A stretch of 64,000 nucleotides of DNA. Origin: Nitrospirota bacterium (GTDB taxonomy: Bacteria; Nitrospirota; UBA9217). Made by a program: the position numbers and the translations under genes. The stretch covers positions 11,932 through 75,931 of the forward strand of contig DATJAP010000044.1 in the NCBI GenBank assembly GCA_035516155.1, given 5' to 3'. The number at the start of each line of letters is the position of its first letter. Position 1 is the first letter of the stretch. Under the pieces are notes generated by a model. The model searched no databases and was not told the DNA's origin. It was given only the letters and a program-made list of their open reading frames with translations. Below are positions 39,861-50,527 of the stretch, one piece after another.

Positions 39861-40076
39861 TCCCCCCAGACAGTGAAGCGCGGATAACAAGGGCAATTAA
39901 TGAAGAGGCCAGAAAAATGAAAAGACTTTTTCCACAGAACGCACAGGCAGTAAGATAAAACGATCCGAAATGACCATGTGACGAGGGGGGTCAGCATCCA
40001 TCGGGCAGGATGCAATCGGAGGCCGGGGGCAGGGGTAAGGGACGCAACAGCCGTTAATCCAGTCGGGCAGCCAGCA

Positions 40077-40547
40077 TCATCGCCCGGATTCCTTTCTCGT
40101 TCTTAGGAGGTGCTTCTCAATCATTCGTTTGATTGCTTCCCTGATCTCACCATCACCAACCTCATGAACGGACTGATCGATCATTTCCCGTTCCTCCCGG
40201 GAAATGACTGCGGGAACCTCTTCCCCCTCGGGTTGCATGGGCGACGATGAGAGCTCGCCGAGCTTTAGCGTGATATCCCGTATAATTTCCGCACCCAGGT
40301 TGCTGTTCAGTTTTGCGATAATCTCCGGCTTCATCAGCGAGATCTGCTGCATCCATGCCGGGCTGTCCACAATCAGCAGAAGCCTGCCCCCCCGGAGTGT
40401 CCGTGGCTGGGCATGCCGGGCTATTGCCGCCCCCACCGTGCCGGCCCACCGGCTTGAGACACGATACTCGGGCACCCGGCTTTGCATCCCCCGCGCTTTG
40501 AGAATTTTATCGATGGTTGCCGAAAGTTTATCGATCGTCCGTGCCAT
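40077..40547 (-). CDS. DUF721-domain protein (DciA-like)
   Basis: SSRWAGTVGAAIARHAQPRTLRGGRLLLIVDSPAWMQQISLMKPEIIAKLN is the characteristic DUF721 core. The start is set at MARTIDKL. Confidence 0.7.
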   Translation of the reverse strand: MARTIDKLSATIDKILKARGMQSRVPEYRVSSRWAGTVGAAIARHAQPRTLRGGRLLLIVDSPAWMQQISLMKPEIIAKLNSNLGAEIIRDITLKLGELSSSPMQPEGEEVPAVISREEREMIDQSVHEVGDGEIREAIKRMIEKHLLRTRKESGR

Positions 40548-40814
40548 ATAGACATCCACAAGAGGGAATAAGCTCCCCTTAAAACGGTAACAAGGTATCA
40601 CCCCAAAGGAGCAAGAGCCGCGAAGGTTTGCAAGAGAAAACGCCCGAAAGAGCGTTTACAGCTTTTCTTTGCGCCATCGCGGTTCGCTGTTCTTTCGTTC
40701 ATCCCGTACGGCTTTTGCTATCATAACACATCAAGAGTTATTTTGACAACGGGGAATGGGATGGATATAATAGTAAAATCCGCTGTTGTGGCAACGCGGA
40801 ATGAGGAGAGAATA

Positions 40815-41810
40815 ATGCCGGAATTACGGAAAGACCCTATAACGGGTCGGTGGGTCATTATTTCATCGGAGAGGGGCAAGCGGCCGAACGAATTTCAGGA
40901 CCAGCGCAACAAAAAAAGGACAGGGTTCTGCCCCTTCTGCGCGGGCAACGAACGGACCACGCCGCACGAGATCCTTGCCTACCGGGACAACGGCCAGCCC
41001 GACGGGCCTGGCTGGCGCCTTCGCACCGTACCGAACAAATTTCCAGCCCTCCAGATCGAGGGAGACCTGAACAAACAGGGTGAAGGTATCTTTGACAAGA
41101 TGAACGGCATAGGCGCCCATGAAGTCATCATCGAAAGTCCGGACCATAGTGCGACCCTCGCAACGCTGTCGGCGAAAGCGATGGAGGAGGTGCTCTGGGC
41201 TTATCGCGACCGCATGGAGGACCTGAAAAGGGACAAACGCTTCCAGTATACGCTGATCTTCAAGAACGAAGGTCTTATCGCGGGCGCTACGCTCGAGCAC
41301 ACCCATTCGCAGCTTATCGCCCTGCCGATCGTGCCGATACAAGTGCAGGAGGAGATTGAGGGTTGCAAGCGGCATTACGAACTCAAGGAGCGCTGCATTT
41401 ACTGCGATATCATCAGACAGGAGATGCAGAGCGCGATACGCGTAATCATCGAAACACAGCTCTTCATCGCTCTCGCTCCCTATGCTCCGCGGTTCCCTTT
41501 CGAGACGTGGATTCTTCCCAAAAAGCACCTCTCCTGCTATTCCTGTTCGACGAATGACGATTTTCGGGACCTCGCCGGCCTCCTGCAGAACGTCCTGCGC
41601 AGGATCGACCGGGCGCTTTCTAACCCCCCCTACAATTATGTAATCCATACCTCCCCGTTTCGCGACGAGCGTAACGATTATTACCACTGGCACATCGAGT
41701 TGATGCCCAAGCTTACGAACGTCGCCGGTTTCGAGCGGGGATCAGGATTTTATATTAACCCCACGCCGCCCGAAGACTCTGCCAAGTTTCTTCGGGAAAT
41801 CAAACCATGA
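40815..41810 (+). CDS. galT: Galactose-1-phosphate uridylyltransferase-family (HIT superfamily) nucleotidyltransferase
   Basis: LRKDPITGRWVIISSERGKRP, CPFCAGNE Zn motif, HTHSQLIA (HxHxQ) active site. The start is set at the ATG behind GAGGAGAG. Confidence 0.8.
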   Translation: MPELRKDPITGRWVIISSERGKRPNEFQDQRNKKRTGFCPFCAGNERTTPHEILAYRDNGQPDGPGWRLRTVPNKFPALQIEGDLNKQGEGIFDKMNGIGAHEVIIESPDHSATLATLSAKAMEEVLWAYRDRMEDLKRDKRFQYTLIFKNEGLIAGATLEHTHSQLIALPIVPIQVQEEIEGCKRHYELKERCIYCDIIRQEMQSAIRVIIETQLFIALAPYAPRFPFETWILPKKHLSCYSCSTNDDFRDLAGLLQNVLRRIDRALSNPPYNYVIHTSPFRDERNDYYHWHIELMPKLTNVAGFERGSGFYINPTPPEDSAKFLREIKP

Positions 41811-43279
41811 ATATTCTTTTTGCGGCTTCGGAAGCGGCTCCCTTTGCGAAGACCGGCGGCCTCGCTGACGTCGCCGGGAGCCTGCCGGCCGCTCTCGCAT
41901 CGCTTGGTCATGACATCAGCGTTGTCCTGCCACGCTACCGGCAAGTGGACGTTGAACGGTACAAGTTGAAACCCGTTACTTCCTTCTTCGTCCCGCTCGG
42001 CGCCTGGCAGGAGCGCTGCGACGTACTCAAAGGCGCCTCCAGCGGCGGAGTGACGGTCTATTTCATCAACGCGGACTTTTACTTCAACCGGCCTGAGCTT
42101 TATGGGACGGGACGGGTGGATTATCCAGACAACGCCGAACGCTTCATTTTTTTTTCGCGAGCCGTTCTCGAATTATGCATCGTCTTGGACCTGCGGCCCG
42201 AAATCGTGCACTGCAATGACTGGCAAACGGGACTCGTTCCGCTCTACCTGAGGCAAATCTACCGCAGATCTGAATCGCTGCGCTGGGCAAGATCAATATT
42301 CACGATCCACAATCTGGGATACCAAGGACTGTTTCGGTATGAAGATATGCACCTGACCGGCCTCGAGGGAAACGTCTTTACGCCTGAGGGGCTTGAGTTC
42401 TGGGGAAAAATGAATTTTTTAAAAGCCGGCCTCGTCTATGCCGATTTGATCACGACGGTCAGTAAGACCTACAGTAGGGAAATTCAGACACCCGAATACG
42501 GTTCCGGACTCGATGGTGTGCTCAGGAACCGCTCCACCGACCTTTTCGGGATCGTGAACGGCATCGACTATTCGGAGTGGGACCCTTCGCGCGACCATGC
42601 CATACCCCAAGCCTACAGTGCATCGCGGCTTTTCGGGAAAACGGTCTGCAGAAGAAAGCTGCTTGCGCGTCTCGGCATGCCCGAATCCTTCGGACCCGTT
42701 GTCGGCATGGTCACGCGCCTCGTTGACCAGAAGGGGCTCGATATCGTGACGGAAGCATTGCCGGAAATCATGTCCCTGGGAATACAGCTCATCATCCTGG
42801 GCACGGGCGACGAAAAATATCATCGCATCCTAAGCGACGCGGCAAGCCGTTACCCCGGCAGGATGCGCGTGCTATTGCAGTACAACGACGGTCTCGCGAA
42901 GACCATCTACGCGGGCTGCGACCTGTTCCTGATGCCGTCGCAGTACGAGCCCTGCGGACTCGGTCAGATGATTGCGCTCCGGTACGGCGCCGTGCCTCTC
43001 GTGCGCAAAACCGGAGGGCTTGCGGACACGGTTCTGGATTACTCCGTGAAAACCGGCCGCGGAACGGGCTTTGTCTTTGAAGAATATGCGGCACCAGCGA
43101 TCATTGATTGCCTCCTGAGGGCGCTCGAGGTCTTTAGCAACAAAAAAAAATGGAAGCATCTCATGCAGTCCGGCATGAAGCAAGACCTGTCCTGGGTGCG
43201 GTCTGCAAAGGAATATGTGAAGGTGTATAGAAGAGCTATGAGGAAAAAAGAGGGACAAAGGACATCGGATAAGCGGTAA
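41807..43279 (+). CDS. glgA: Glycogen synthase (ADP-glucose type)
   Basis: MNILFAASEAAPFAKTGGLADV...HCNDWQTGL...PSQYEPCGL. ATGA overlap with galT. Confidence 0.92.
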   Translation: MNILFAASEAAPFAKTGGLADVAGSLPAALASLGHDISVVLPRYRQVDVERYKLKPVTSFFVPLGAWQERCDVLKGASSGGVTVYFINADFYFNRPELYGTGRVDYPDNAERFIFFSRAVLELCIVLDLRPEIVHCNDWQTGLVPLYLRQIYRRSESLRWARSIFTIHNLGYQGLFRYEDMHLTGLEGNVFTPEGLEFWGKMNFLKAGLVYADLITTVSKTYSREIQTPEYGSGLDGVLRNRSTDLFGIVNGIDYSEWDPSRDHAIPQAYSASRLFGKTVCRRKLLARLGMPESFGPVVGMVTRLVDQKGLDIVTEALPEIMSLGIQLIILGTGDEKYHRILSDAASRYPGRMRVLLQYNDGLAKTIYAGCDLFLMPSQYEPCGLGQMIALRYGAVPLVRKTGGLADTVLDYSVKTGRGTGFVFEEYAAPAIIDCLLRALEVFSNKKKWKHLMQSGMKQDLSWVRSAKEYVKVYRRAMRKKEGQRTSDKR

Positions 43280-43307
43280 ATTTTGACCCATGCTCCTTTA
43301 CCTCTAA

Positions 43308-45689
43308 TTGACAATCATGGAAGCACTCGAAAAAACAGAGCTCAGCATCCTGAGCGAAATCAGCCACATATCGAATTCCGCCATCGATCTCACCGAGAAG
43401 CTCAGGCGCATCGAGGAAGTCGTTGTCCGGGGCATGGGCAAGGACGGCGCGTCCGTGTTTCTGGTCGACCAGTCCGGGAAGACGGTCACACTCGCCGCGG
43501 CTATCGGCCTGAACCAAGAATCGGTGGGAAAGATGAGCTTTCCCCTCGGCATGGGGATAGCGGGATGGGTGGCGGAGCAGAAGGTGCCGCTCGCGCTCGA
43601 AGACCCTTACTCCGACCCACGGTTCGTCTATGTGCCCGACTCGGGCATCGGGAATTTCAAGTCCCTTGTGGCCGCGCCCATCATGGATGAAGAACGCTGC
43701 CTCGGCGTGATCTTCGTACTTTCGCTGTCGGTGTGGCAGGCGACGTCATCGGAGCTCACCCTCCTTACAACCACGGCAAACGAAATTGCAGGGGTGATCA
43801 AAAACACCAAGCTGATTCAGAACATTCAGGACCGCCTGTCCGAGCTTTCTACTATCTACGAAATCGGCATGGCTCTCACCTCCACACTTGACCTCGAACA
43901 GCTTCTGTCGCTTATCGCCAAGAACAGCGTTCAGTCGCTCCGTGCCCAGGGCTGCACCATCCGTCTTGTGAACATTCCTGAAATTTCCTCCCGCAAGACG
44001 TTCGCGGCACACAATATCGCGGGCAACGTGATTATGGACATCGATGCGCGGATCGGGCAGATTGTGACCGACCGGGTCGCGAGGGAAAAACGCCCGATCC
44101 TCATCCAGAACGCGCATCAGGATGCCGCTCTCTGTGAACTCCTGACTGCTGGCGCCTGCTCCCTCATCAGCGTCCCCCTGCTTTTCCGAGAAAAGGTCAT
44201 CGGGATTATCACGGTCTACACCACGGACGAACGCAGTCCCTTCAGGGAGAACGACCTGCAATTCCTGACCACCGTAGCCAGCGGCGCCGCGATTGCCGTC
44301 GAAAACGCGGCCATGTACGAGCGCATGGAATCCCTCGCCATGGAGGCGCGAACCCGGGCCCAGGAACTCGCCATTCTCAACGACATCGGCACAGCCATGA
44401 GCACCACGCTCAACCTCGATCGACTGCTCAGAATCATTCTTACGGCGGCAACCATGGGAGGCAGCGGCCTCGGATTCAACCGCGCGATACTTCTGCTCAT
44501 GAACGAACGGACCGACATGCTGCAGGGGATGATGGGTATCGGGCCGACAAGCTGGGAAGAAGCCGGCCGGGCATGGAGCGAGGTATCGAGCAAGCATAAA
44601 AGCCTGATGGAGTGGATCCAGACCGGTGAGCTTTTCGAACACCATGACTCTGCGCTCAACGCCCTTGCGCGAAGCATCAGGGTCTCGCTCACTCCGTCTG
44701 AAGGGGTAATTGCGCTTACTGTCCTGAACAAGCGGCCCTACAACATCACGAATGCCTCCTCTGACCCGCTCGTCCGCCGCGAGCTGCGCGACGCGCTGGG
44801 GGTGAACAGCTTCGCCACAGTCCCGCTCATCTCGAAAGACCGCGTCATCGGCGTCATCCTCGTCGACAATATGTTTAACGAGCGGCCGATCACGGAGGAA
44901 GACATCCGGTTCCTCACCATGTTCGCGCACCAATCGGCCCTCGCCATTGAAAACGCTATCATCCATACGAACCTCGAAACCATGAATAAGGACATGCGCG
45001 CCCTGCACGAGCAGCTCGTCCAGTCCGAAAAAATGGCCGCTCTCGGCGCAATGATGGCTGAGATAACCCATGAAATCAGAAACCCCCTGGTCTCCATCGG
45101 CGGCTTTACACGGAGGCTCGCGAAAAAACTGCAGCACAGCGAGGAAAAAAAATATATCGACATCATCCTGAGCGAGGTCACCCGCCTTGAAGGTATCATC
45201 CACGACAATCTATCCTACATCAAAGAGGTGGCCCCCCAGCCTGTCGAGACGGACATCGCCTCCCTAATTCGGGAAATCCTTATGCTCTACGAGGACGAAC
45301 TCGCTCAACGGCGCATCCGCGTGGAAACGGATTTCTCCCCGGCCCTCCCGGGCCTCATGATTGACGCCCATCAGATCAAGCAGGCCGCCATCAACATCCT
45401 GAAAAACGCCATGGAGGCCATGGAGAACGGCGGCACCTTAACCATCAGAACCTACCCGGCCGATGGAGCAAGGGAAGCCGCAATCGAATTCGGAGACACG
45501 GGACCAGGCATATCCGCGAAGGTCATGCACAATGTCTTCAATCCCTACTACACCACCAAACCGCGCGGTACGGGACTGGGGCTTCCGATCTCAAACCGGA
45601 TAATCAAGGCGCACCGGGGCAGGATCGAGCTGCGGAACAAGGATACCGGAGGGGCGGTCTTTACGATCAAGCTGCCCTACGGCGAGTAG
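43308..45689 (+). CDS. Multi-GAF sensor histidine kinase
   Basis: Several GAF-like modules, H-box MMAEITHEIRNPL, N/G boxes NILKNAMEAM...DTGPGI...GTGLGL. The start may be ATG 43317. Confidence 0.9.
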   Translation: MTIMEALEKTELSILSEISHISNSAIDLTEKLRRIEEVVVRGMGKDGASVFLVDQSGKTVTLAAAIGLNQESVGKMSFPLGMGIAGWVAEQKVPLALEDPYSDPRFVYVPDSGIGNFKSLVAAPIMDEERCLGVIFVLSLSVWQATSSELTLLTTTANEIAGVIKNTKLIQNIQDRLSELSTIYEIGMALTSTLDLEQLLSLIAKNSVQSLRAQGCTIRLVNIPEISSRKTFAAHNIAGNVIMDIDARIGQIVTDRVAREKRPILIQNAHQDAALCELLTAGACSLISVPLLFREKVIGIITVYTTDERSPFRENDLQFLTTVASGAAIAVENAAMYERMESLAMEARTRAQELAILNDIGTAMSTTLNLDRLLRIILTAATMGGSGLGFNRAILLLMNERTDMLQGMMGIGPTSWEEAGRAWSEVSSKHKSLMEWIQTGELFEHHDSALNALARSIRVSLTPSEGVIALTVLNKRPYNITNASSDPLVRRELRDALGVNSFATVPLISKDRVIGVILVDNMFNERPITEEDIRFLTMFAHQSALAIENAIIHTNLETMNKDMRALHEQLVQSEKMAALGAMMAEITHEIRNPLVSIGGFTRRLAKKLQHSEEKKYIDIILSEVTRLEGIIHDNLSYIKEVAPQPVETDIASLIREILMLYEDELAQRRIRVETDFSPALPGLMIDAHQIKQAAINILKNAMEAMENGGTLTIRTYPADGAREAAIEFGDTGPGISAKVMHNVFNPYYTTKPRGTGLGLPISNRIIKAHRGRIELRNKDTGGAVFTIKLPYGE

Positions 45690-45788
45690 GTGGATAAAAA
45701 GCAGGCGTAATTCGCCGTTCTGTACTTATTCACATCGGTTTTTAGAAGCGGTACTATACAGCACAGCGTTATCTACAGGGAGGCACCA

Positions 45789-46139
45789 ATGAAAAAAATA
45801 CTGGTTGTCGATGATGAGGAAAACATCCGGGAGTTGTACCGGATCGAGTTCGAGGACATGGGATATATCGTGACCGTTGTCTCCGACGGAATTCAAGCGC
45901 TCGCGAAGATGGACTCGGACAAGTTCGACCTTGTCACGCTGGACATGCGCATGCCGGATATAGACGGCATCGAGACTCTGCGCAAGATGAAGGAAAAAGA
46001 CAGTTCGCTGCCGGTCATTATCTGCACTGCCTACGAAGAATACAAGCAGGACTTTGGCAGCTGGTGTTCCGAAGCCTACGTCGTGAAATCGGCCGATACC
46101 TCACTCCTCCGAGAAACGGTTAAAAAGATCCTCGGATGA
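45789..46139 (+). CDS. Stand-alone response-regulator receiver (CheY-like)
   Basis: KILVVDDEE...DLVTLDMRMPDIDG...ICTA...K. GGGAGG RBS. Confidence 0.9.
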   Translation: MKKILVVDDEENIRELYRIEFEDMGYIVTVVSDGIQALAKMDSDKFDLVTLDMRMPDIDGIETLRKMKEKDSSLPVIICTAYEEYKQDFGSWCSEAYVVKSADTSLLRETVKKILG

Positions 46140-47428
46140 ACGAGCGCATTGAGCTCACTATTGAAAAACTGGTCCACGGCGGCAAAGGACTGGCGCGCCT
46201 TGGCAGTGGCCAGGCCGTGTTCGTGTCCGGCGTCCTCCCGGGCGAGCGAGTTGTCGTGGCGATCAAGCGGAAGCGAAAAGGCATTCTCGAGGCTGACCTC
46301 ATCGAGGTTTTGACCTCCTCACAGGACCGCATTGATCCGCCCTGCATCGGGGAAAAGCAGTGTACCGGCGCAACGTGGCCGCACATCGCCTATCCAGCGC
46401 AGCTGCGGTTCAAGCAGGAGATACTGCTCGATACGCTGGCGAAGATCGGCGGCATAACGCCAACCCGTCCCCTTTCCATTCTTCCCTCTCCCCGGATTGA
46501 CCATTACCGGCTGCGCGCGCAGTTTAATGTTCGGCCATCAGGAGGAAAACAGCAGATCGGTTTTTTTCGGCCGGGTTCCTATGACCTCATCGAGGTCGAC
46601 GACGCCTTCCTCATCGACCCGCTCATCAACAGGACGCTGAAAGCCGTGCGGTCCCTGGAACCGCAGCTGCCACCCCTGAAGGAAGTCCATATCAACGCAA
46701 CACCGGCCGGGGAAGTGCATTTATTGCTCTACGGTGAGCAGGACACACTGCCTTCAATGAATGCGTTCTTTTTCGGACTCAGGAAGGCCGTACCCGAAGT
46801 AGTCGGGATAACGGGATTCGCAAACCGTAAAAAAGCGTTCACCTTGGGGAATAACCGGTTGACACTTGAATGCGAGGGGTTGACGTTCCACGCTACGGAG
46901 AGGAACTTTTACCAAGTCAACTGGGAGCAGAACAGAAACATGGTGAAGACCGTGCTTGATTTTGCCGCCCTCGCAGGAGATGAAATCGTGCTCGACCTCT
47001 ACTGCGGAATCGGGAACTTCGCCCTGCCCCTCGCGAAGCAAGCTAAAACTGTGATCGGCGTTGAATCGGGATATACTGCCATCGACGATGCAAAAGCCAA
47101 CGCCATATTGAATGGAATCGAGAACACCGAATTCATCGCCGATGACCTGCAGAGGGGACTCAAGACCCTGATGCAGCGCAAAATGCGCGCCCCAACCATC
47201 GTCCTTGACCCGCCCCGCTCCGGCGCGACTCTAAAAACACTGGAGCGGGTCCTTGCCTTCGTTCCGCAGAAAATCATCTATGTTTCCTGCAATCCATCGA
47301 CGCTCGCGCGGGACCTGAAATTCTTTCACCTCTTCGGGTTGCGCCTAGACCGGCTTCAACCTGTGGATATGTTCCCCTGGACCTATCACATTGAATGCGT
47401 AGCAGAGATGGCGAGGCAAGAGAAGTAG
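46136..47428 (+). CDS. TRAM-domain RNA (uracil-C5) methyltransferase, RlmD/TrmA family
   Basis: The N-terminal TRAM-like barrel reads IEKLVHGGKGLAR. LDLYCGIGNFALPLA, LDPPRSG, YVSCNPSTLARD. Confidence 0.85.
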   Translation: MNERIELTIEKLVHGGKGLARLGSGQAVFVSGVLPGERVVVAIKRKRKGILEADLIEVLTSSQDRIDPPCIGEKQCTGATWPHIAYPAQLRFKQEILLDTLAKIGGITPTRPLSILPSPRIDHYRLRAQFNVRPSGGKQQIGFFRPGSYDLIEVDDAFLIDPLINRTLKAVRSLEPQLPPLKEVHINATPAGEVHLLLYGEQDTLPSMNAFFFGLRKAVPEVVGITGFANRKKAFTLGNNRLTLECEGLTFHATERNFYQVNWEQNRNMVKTVLDFAALAGDEIVLDLYCGIGNFALPLAKQAKTVIGVESGYTAIDDAKANAILNGIENTEFIADDLQRGLKTLMQRKMRAPTIVLDPPRSGATLKTLERVLAFVPQKIIYVSCNPSTLARDLKFFHLFGLRLDRLQPVDMFPWTYHIECVAEMARQEK

Positions 47429-47533
47429 AAGAAACTATTAAATGCCAATAAGGCCCGGAATCTTATCAGAAAGAGCGAGTGCGGATAGATTGAAGGCAAA
47501 AACAAAAATCATGTCGTATGTTGCCCCTGTCTT

Positions 47534-47917
47534 CTATTGACTCCCGTAAGATTTCTCAATGGCGTTCTGAGCGGCATTCATGATGACCCTGCTGCTGTTC
47601 GTCGCGCCGGATACGGCATCCACGTTTGTCGATTGTTTCTCGATGATTCTCCGCGGAATTATCTGTTCGGCTTTCCTGCCAATCGACGAGGCCCAATGAC
47701 TTACGATACGCACATCGGTGATGAGTCCATTCACAATCGTAACATTCACAACCGCCCTATTAGGCCAGGAGCGGAAGGTCCCTTCATAGGTCCCGTTCTC
47801 CGCTTTTCCTCTCCGTACGGGCTCACCGAGGATTGGTGCTGGTCTGCAGCCTACGGGGGAAAGGGATACGGTCAGGACGAGTATCAGCAAGATAATTATG
47901 CCAAGTCTCGCAATCAT
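47534..47917 (-). CDS. FMN-binding-domain lipoprotein
   Basis: The start is set at MIARLGIIILLILVLTVSLSPVGC (lipobox). VDAVSGATNSS is an FMN_bind motif. Its RBS GGAGAAAGG lies in the ADH 3' end. Confidence 0.7.
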   Translation of the reverse strand: MIARLGIIILLILVLTVSLSPVGCRPAPILGEPVRRGKAENGTYEGTFRSWPNRAVVNVTIVNGLITDVRIVSHWASSIGRKAEQIIPRRIIEKQSTNVDAVSGATNSSRVIMNAAQNAIEKSYGSQ

Positions 47918-47921
47918 GCCA

Positions 47922-48968
47922 TCACCTTTCTCCTTTTGAGCCACTGACGCTCAGAACCTTCGCTCCCCTTATCTTCCGTTCTTTTAGTTCTAGAAGGGCC
48001 CTGTTGGCCTGCTCGAGCGGGTACTCCTCAATTTCCGGCCTGATCCGCATCTCCGCCGCAAGAGGGAGAAACTCCTCGACGTCCCTGCGCGTTATGTTCG
48101 CCACACTCTTCATCTCCTTCTCCATCCAGAGATCGCGTGAGTAATCGAGGGTAAGCAGCGCTTCTTTGTCGCTTTCTTCTTTGCGTATTGCATTGATAAC
48201 GAGACGGCCGCCGCGGACAAGATGCTTCATGGCTTCGACGACCGGCTTCCAGACAGGCGTTGTATCAATGATGGCATGGAGTTTTTCAGGTGGACTATCC
48301 GATGTATCACCTGCCCATTGGGCGCCGAGTTCCCGGGCGAATACCCGCTCCTGTTCCGTGCGGGAAAAGATAAAAATCCCCGCATTTGGATAGAGATGCT
48401 TTACCATCTTGAGCACGAGATGGGCCGATGCGCCGAATCCCGTAAGCCCGATGTTTCCACGGTCGTGCATATTGGCAAGGCGGAGCGACCGGTATCCAAT
48501 GGCACCTGCGCATAGAAGCGGCGCTGCTTCGGCATCGGTAAACGGCTGCGGTATAGCGTAGGCGAAACCTTCCGGCACGGTCGTGAATTCCCCATACCCG
48601 CCTTGCGCATCCCGGCCCGTTGCTTTGAAATCACCACACAGGTTTTCCATACCACCTCTGCAGTATTCGCATCTGCCGCAGGCTGAATGGATCCAAGCGA
48701 TGCCGACGCGGTCGCCGATATTAAACCGGCTTGCTTTGCTCCCGGTCTTTTCCACGCGGCCCACAATCTGGTGTCCTGGAATGATCGGAAATTTCGGAGG
48801 TGATGTTCTGCCCTCAATCTCGTCAAGCTCCGTGTGGCAAACGCCGCAGACCGAGACTTTTACGAGGATTTCGCGGTCGTTCGGTATAGGAACAGGCAAA
48901 TCAGTAAGTTCAAGAGGGGATTTATTGACTTCAAGACGAGTGATCTCTCTGAGTACCATGACTTTCAT
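47922..48968 (-). CDS. Zinc-dependent alcohol dehydrogenase
   Basis: VSVCGVCHTELD catalytic Zn motif, structural Zn CGRCEYCRGGMENLC, GFGASAH Rossmann motif. Confidence 0.9.
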   Translation of the reverse strand: MKVMVLREITRLEVNKSPLELTDLPVPIPNDREILVKVSVCGVCHTELDEIEGRTSPPKFPIIPGHQIVGRVEKTGSKASRFNIGDRVGIAWIHSACGRCEYCRGGMENLCGDFKATGRDAQGGYGEFTTVPEGFAYAIPQPFTDAEAAPLLCAGAIGYRSLRLANMHDRGNIGLTGFGASAHLVLKMVKHLYPNAGIFIFSRTEQERVFARELGAQWAGDTSDSPPEKLHAIIDTTPVWKPVVEAMKHLVRGGRLVINAIRKEESDKEALLTLDYSRDLWMEKEMKSVANITRRDVEEFLPLAAEMRIRPEIEEYPLEQANRALLELKERKIRGAKVLSVSGSKGER

Positions 48969-48972
48969 GATT

Positions 48973-49589
48973 TCACCTCGGCATGCAAAGAACGCAGAGA
49001 CAGCTATAAGGTGTGCTACTATTTGGGCGATGCGGTCTTCTGAAACTTATTATAGCAGGATCAAGGGGAGGAGCATCAACAATCAACAACAGCTCTTTCA
49101 GGAGGACTTCAGACAGGCCATTCCGTTTGGAGGATTGTTTATCCGATGCAGGATGGCCGATGGCCACAACAGCCATGAGTTCCATGTTTTCCGGCAGGCT
49201 GAGGAGCAACCGCACCGCATCGGCGTTCTTCAGAATTTCGCCGAGCCACACGGCCCCCAAACCCAAGGCGTGGGTGGCAAGCAGCATATTCTGGATGAAG
49301 GCACCCAAGGACCGGTGGTCCTTAACGTCGTTGTACATCACGCTCCTGTCCCGAACACAGCGATACATGCGGGTGCACGTTCAATGGTGAAATTGTATCT
49401 GATGTTCTTCGCCAGTTCTTTTCGCATCTCATCGATTCGTACGATCACGAACCGCCAGGGCTGGTTGTTCAATCCCGACGGCGCCCAGATGCCGGCCTTG
49501 ATGATTTCGATCAGCAATTCGCGGTTCACCGGCTGGTTGGTGAATTGCCGGATGCTTCGGCGCGTGCAGATTCCTTCAAGAAGGTTCAT
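48973..49589 (-). pseudogene. Nitroreductase-family gene split by a 1-nt frameshift
   Basis: The N-part reads MNLLEGICTRRSIRQFTNQPV...APSGLNNQPWRFVIV...APACIAVFG (49338-49589). The C-part reads DRSVMYNDVKDHRSLGAFIQNMLLATHALGLGAVWLG...VVAIGHPA (48973-49368). They overlap in different frames, and one extra G in the GGG run (plus-strand CCC 49350-49352) would restore a single ORF. Confidence 0.7.
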
Positions 49590-49696
49590 GGGGAATGTCT
49601 CCCTTGCAATACGCCATGACTCTTTTTCCAGCATTGGGAATACGTGTTGGGAAGGCAGGACGGGTCGTTTTGAGAAGACTTCGATGCGAAACGATG

Positions 49697-50527
49697 CTAC
49701 TTTACGAGATCCCCATACTCCACGGGTCTGCGGTGCTTGAGAAACCCCCATGTATCCGTGGCGGCTTTGCGCTCTGCCAGGTCAATGTCGGCAATGACAA
49801 TAGACTCCTTGCCTCCCGCCAGGTCCGATACCATCTCGCCCCACGGGTCGGCGCAGAAGCTCCTTCCGTAGAACGAGATGCCCTCTTCCTGTCCCACCCG
49901 ATTCACGCGGAAGATGAAGAGGTTGTTCGCAAAAGCATTTGCCATGATCGCCCGCTCCCACAGGCTGTGGGTATTGATCGATGCTGCCGTGGGCGAGAAG
50001 ATGATCTCCGCCCCTTTGAGTGCCAAGATGCGTGCGCCTTCGGGAAACAGGTTGTCCCAGCAGATCTGGACGCCAATCCTGCCGCGCGATGTTTCAAACA
50101 CGGGGAATCCCGATGAACCGGGAGAGAAATAAAATTGTTCCCGGTAGAGCGGCAGGTCGGGCACGTGCACCTTGCGGTATATGCCGGTCAGCTTGCCGAC
50201 ATCGATCACCGCCGCGCTGTTATAGTACTCGCCGTTTGCAGACTCGAAAAAAGGTACGATGAGCACTGATTTGGCGCTCTCGGAAAAAGCCCGAAATCGT
50301 TTCAGCGATTCGCTCGAGGCGTCCAACGCCCGGGAAAGATGCGACTTTTCCTCCTCCCTGGGAAACCAGGGATTCAGGAACAGGGCGGGATAGCATATGA
50401 TTCCAGCGCCCTTTTCAACCGCAATCTCCGCCATTTCGATGGCGCGCAGAATATTCCGATCGATGTCTTGGCCAGCGATCATTTGTATACCGGCAATCCG
50501 TATGGCATCTGATTTAAACCGTGTCAT
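49697..50527 (-). CDS. Carbon-nitrogen hydrolase (nitrilase superfamily)
   Basis: IRIAGIQM..., YRKVHVP (catalytic Lys region), GVQICWD (catalytic Cys). The start is set at MTRFKS. Confidence 0.85.
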   Translation of the reverse strand: MTRFKSDAIRIAGIQMIAGQDIDRNILRAIEMAEIAVEKGAGIICYPALFLNPWFPREEEKSHLSRALDASSESLKRFRAFSESAKSVLIVPFFESANGEYYNSAAVIDVGKLTGIYRKVHVPDLPLYREQFYFSPGSSGFPVFETSRGRIGVQICWDNLFPEGARILALKGAEIIFSPTAASINTHSLWERAIMANAFANNLFIFRVNRVGQEEGISFYGRSFCADPWGEMVSDLAGGKESIVIADIDLAERKAATDTWGFLKHRRPVEYGDLVK

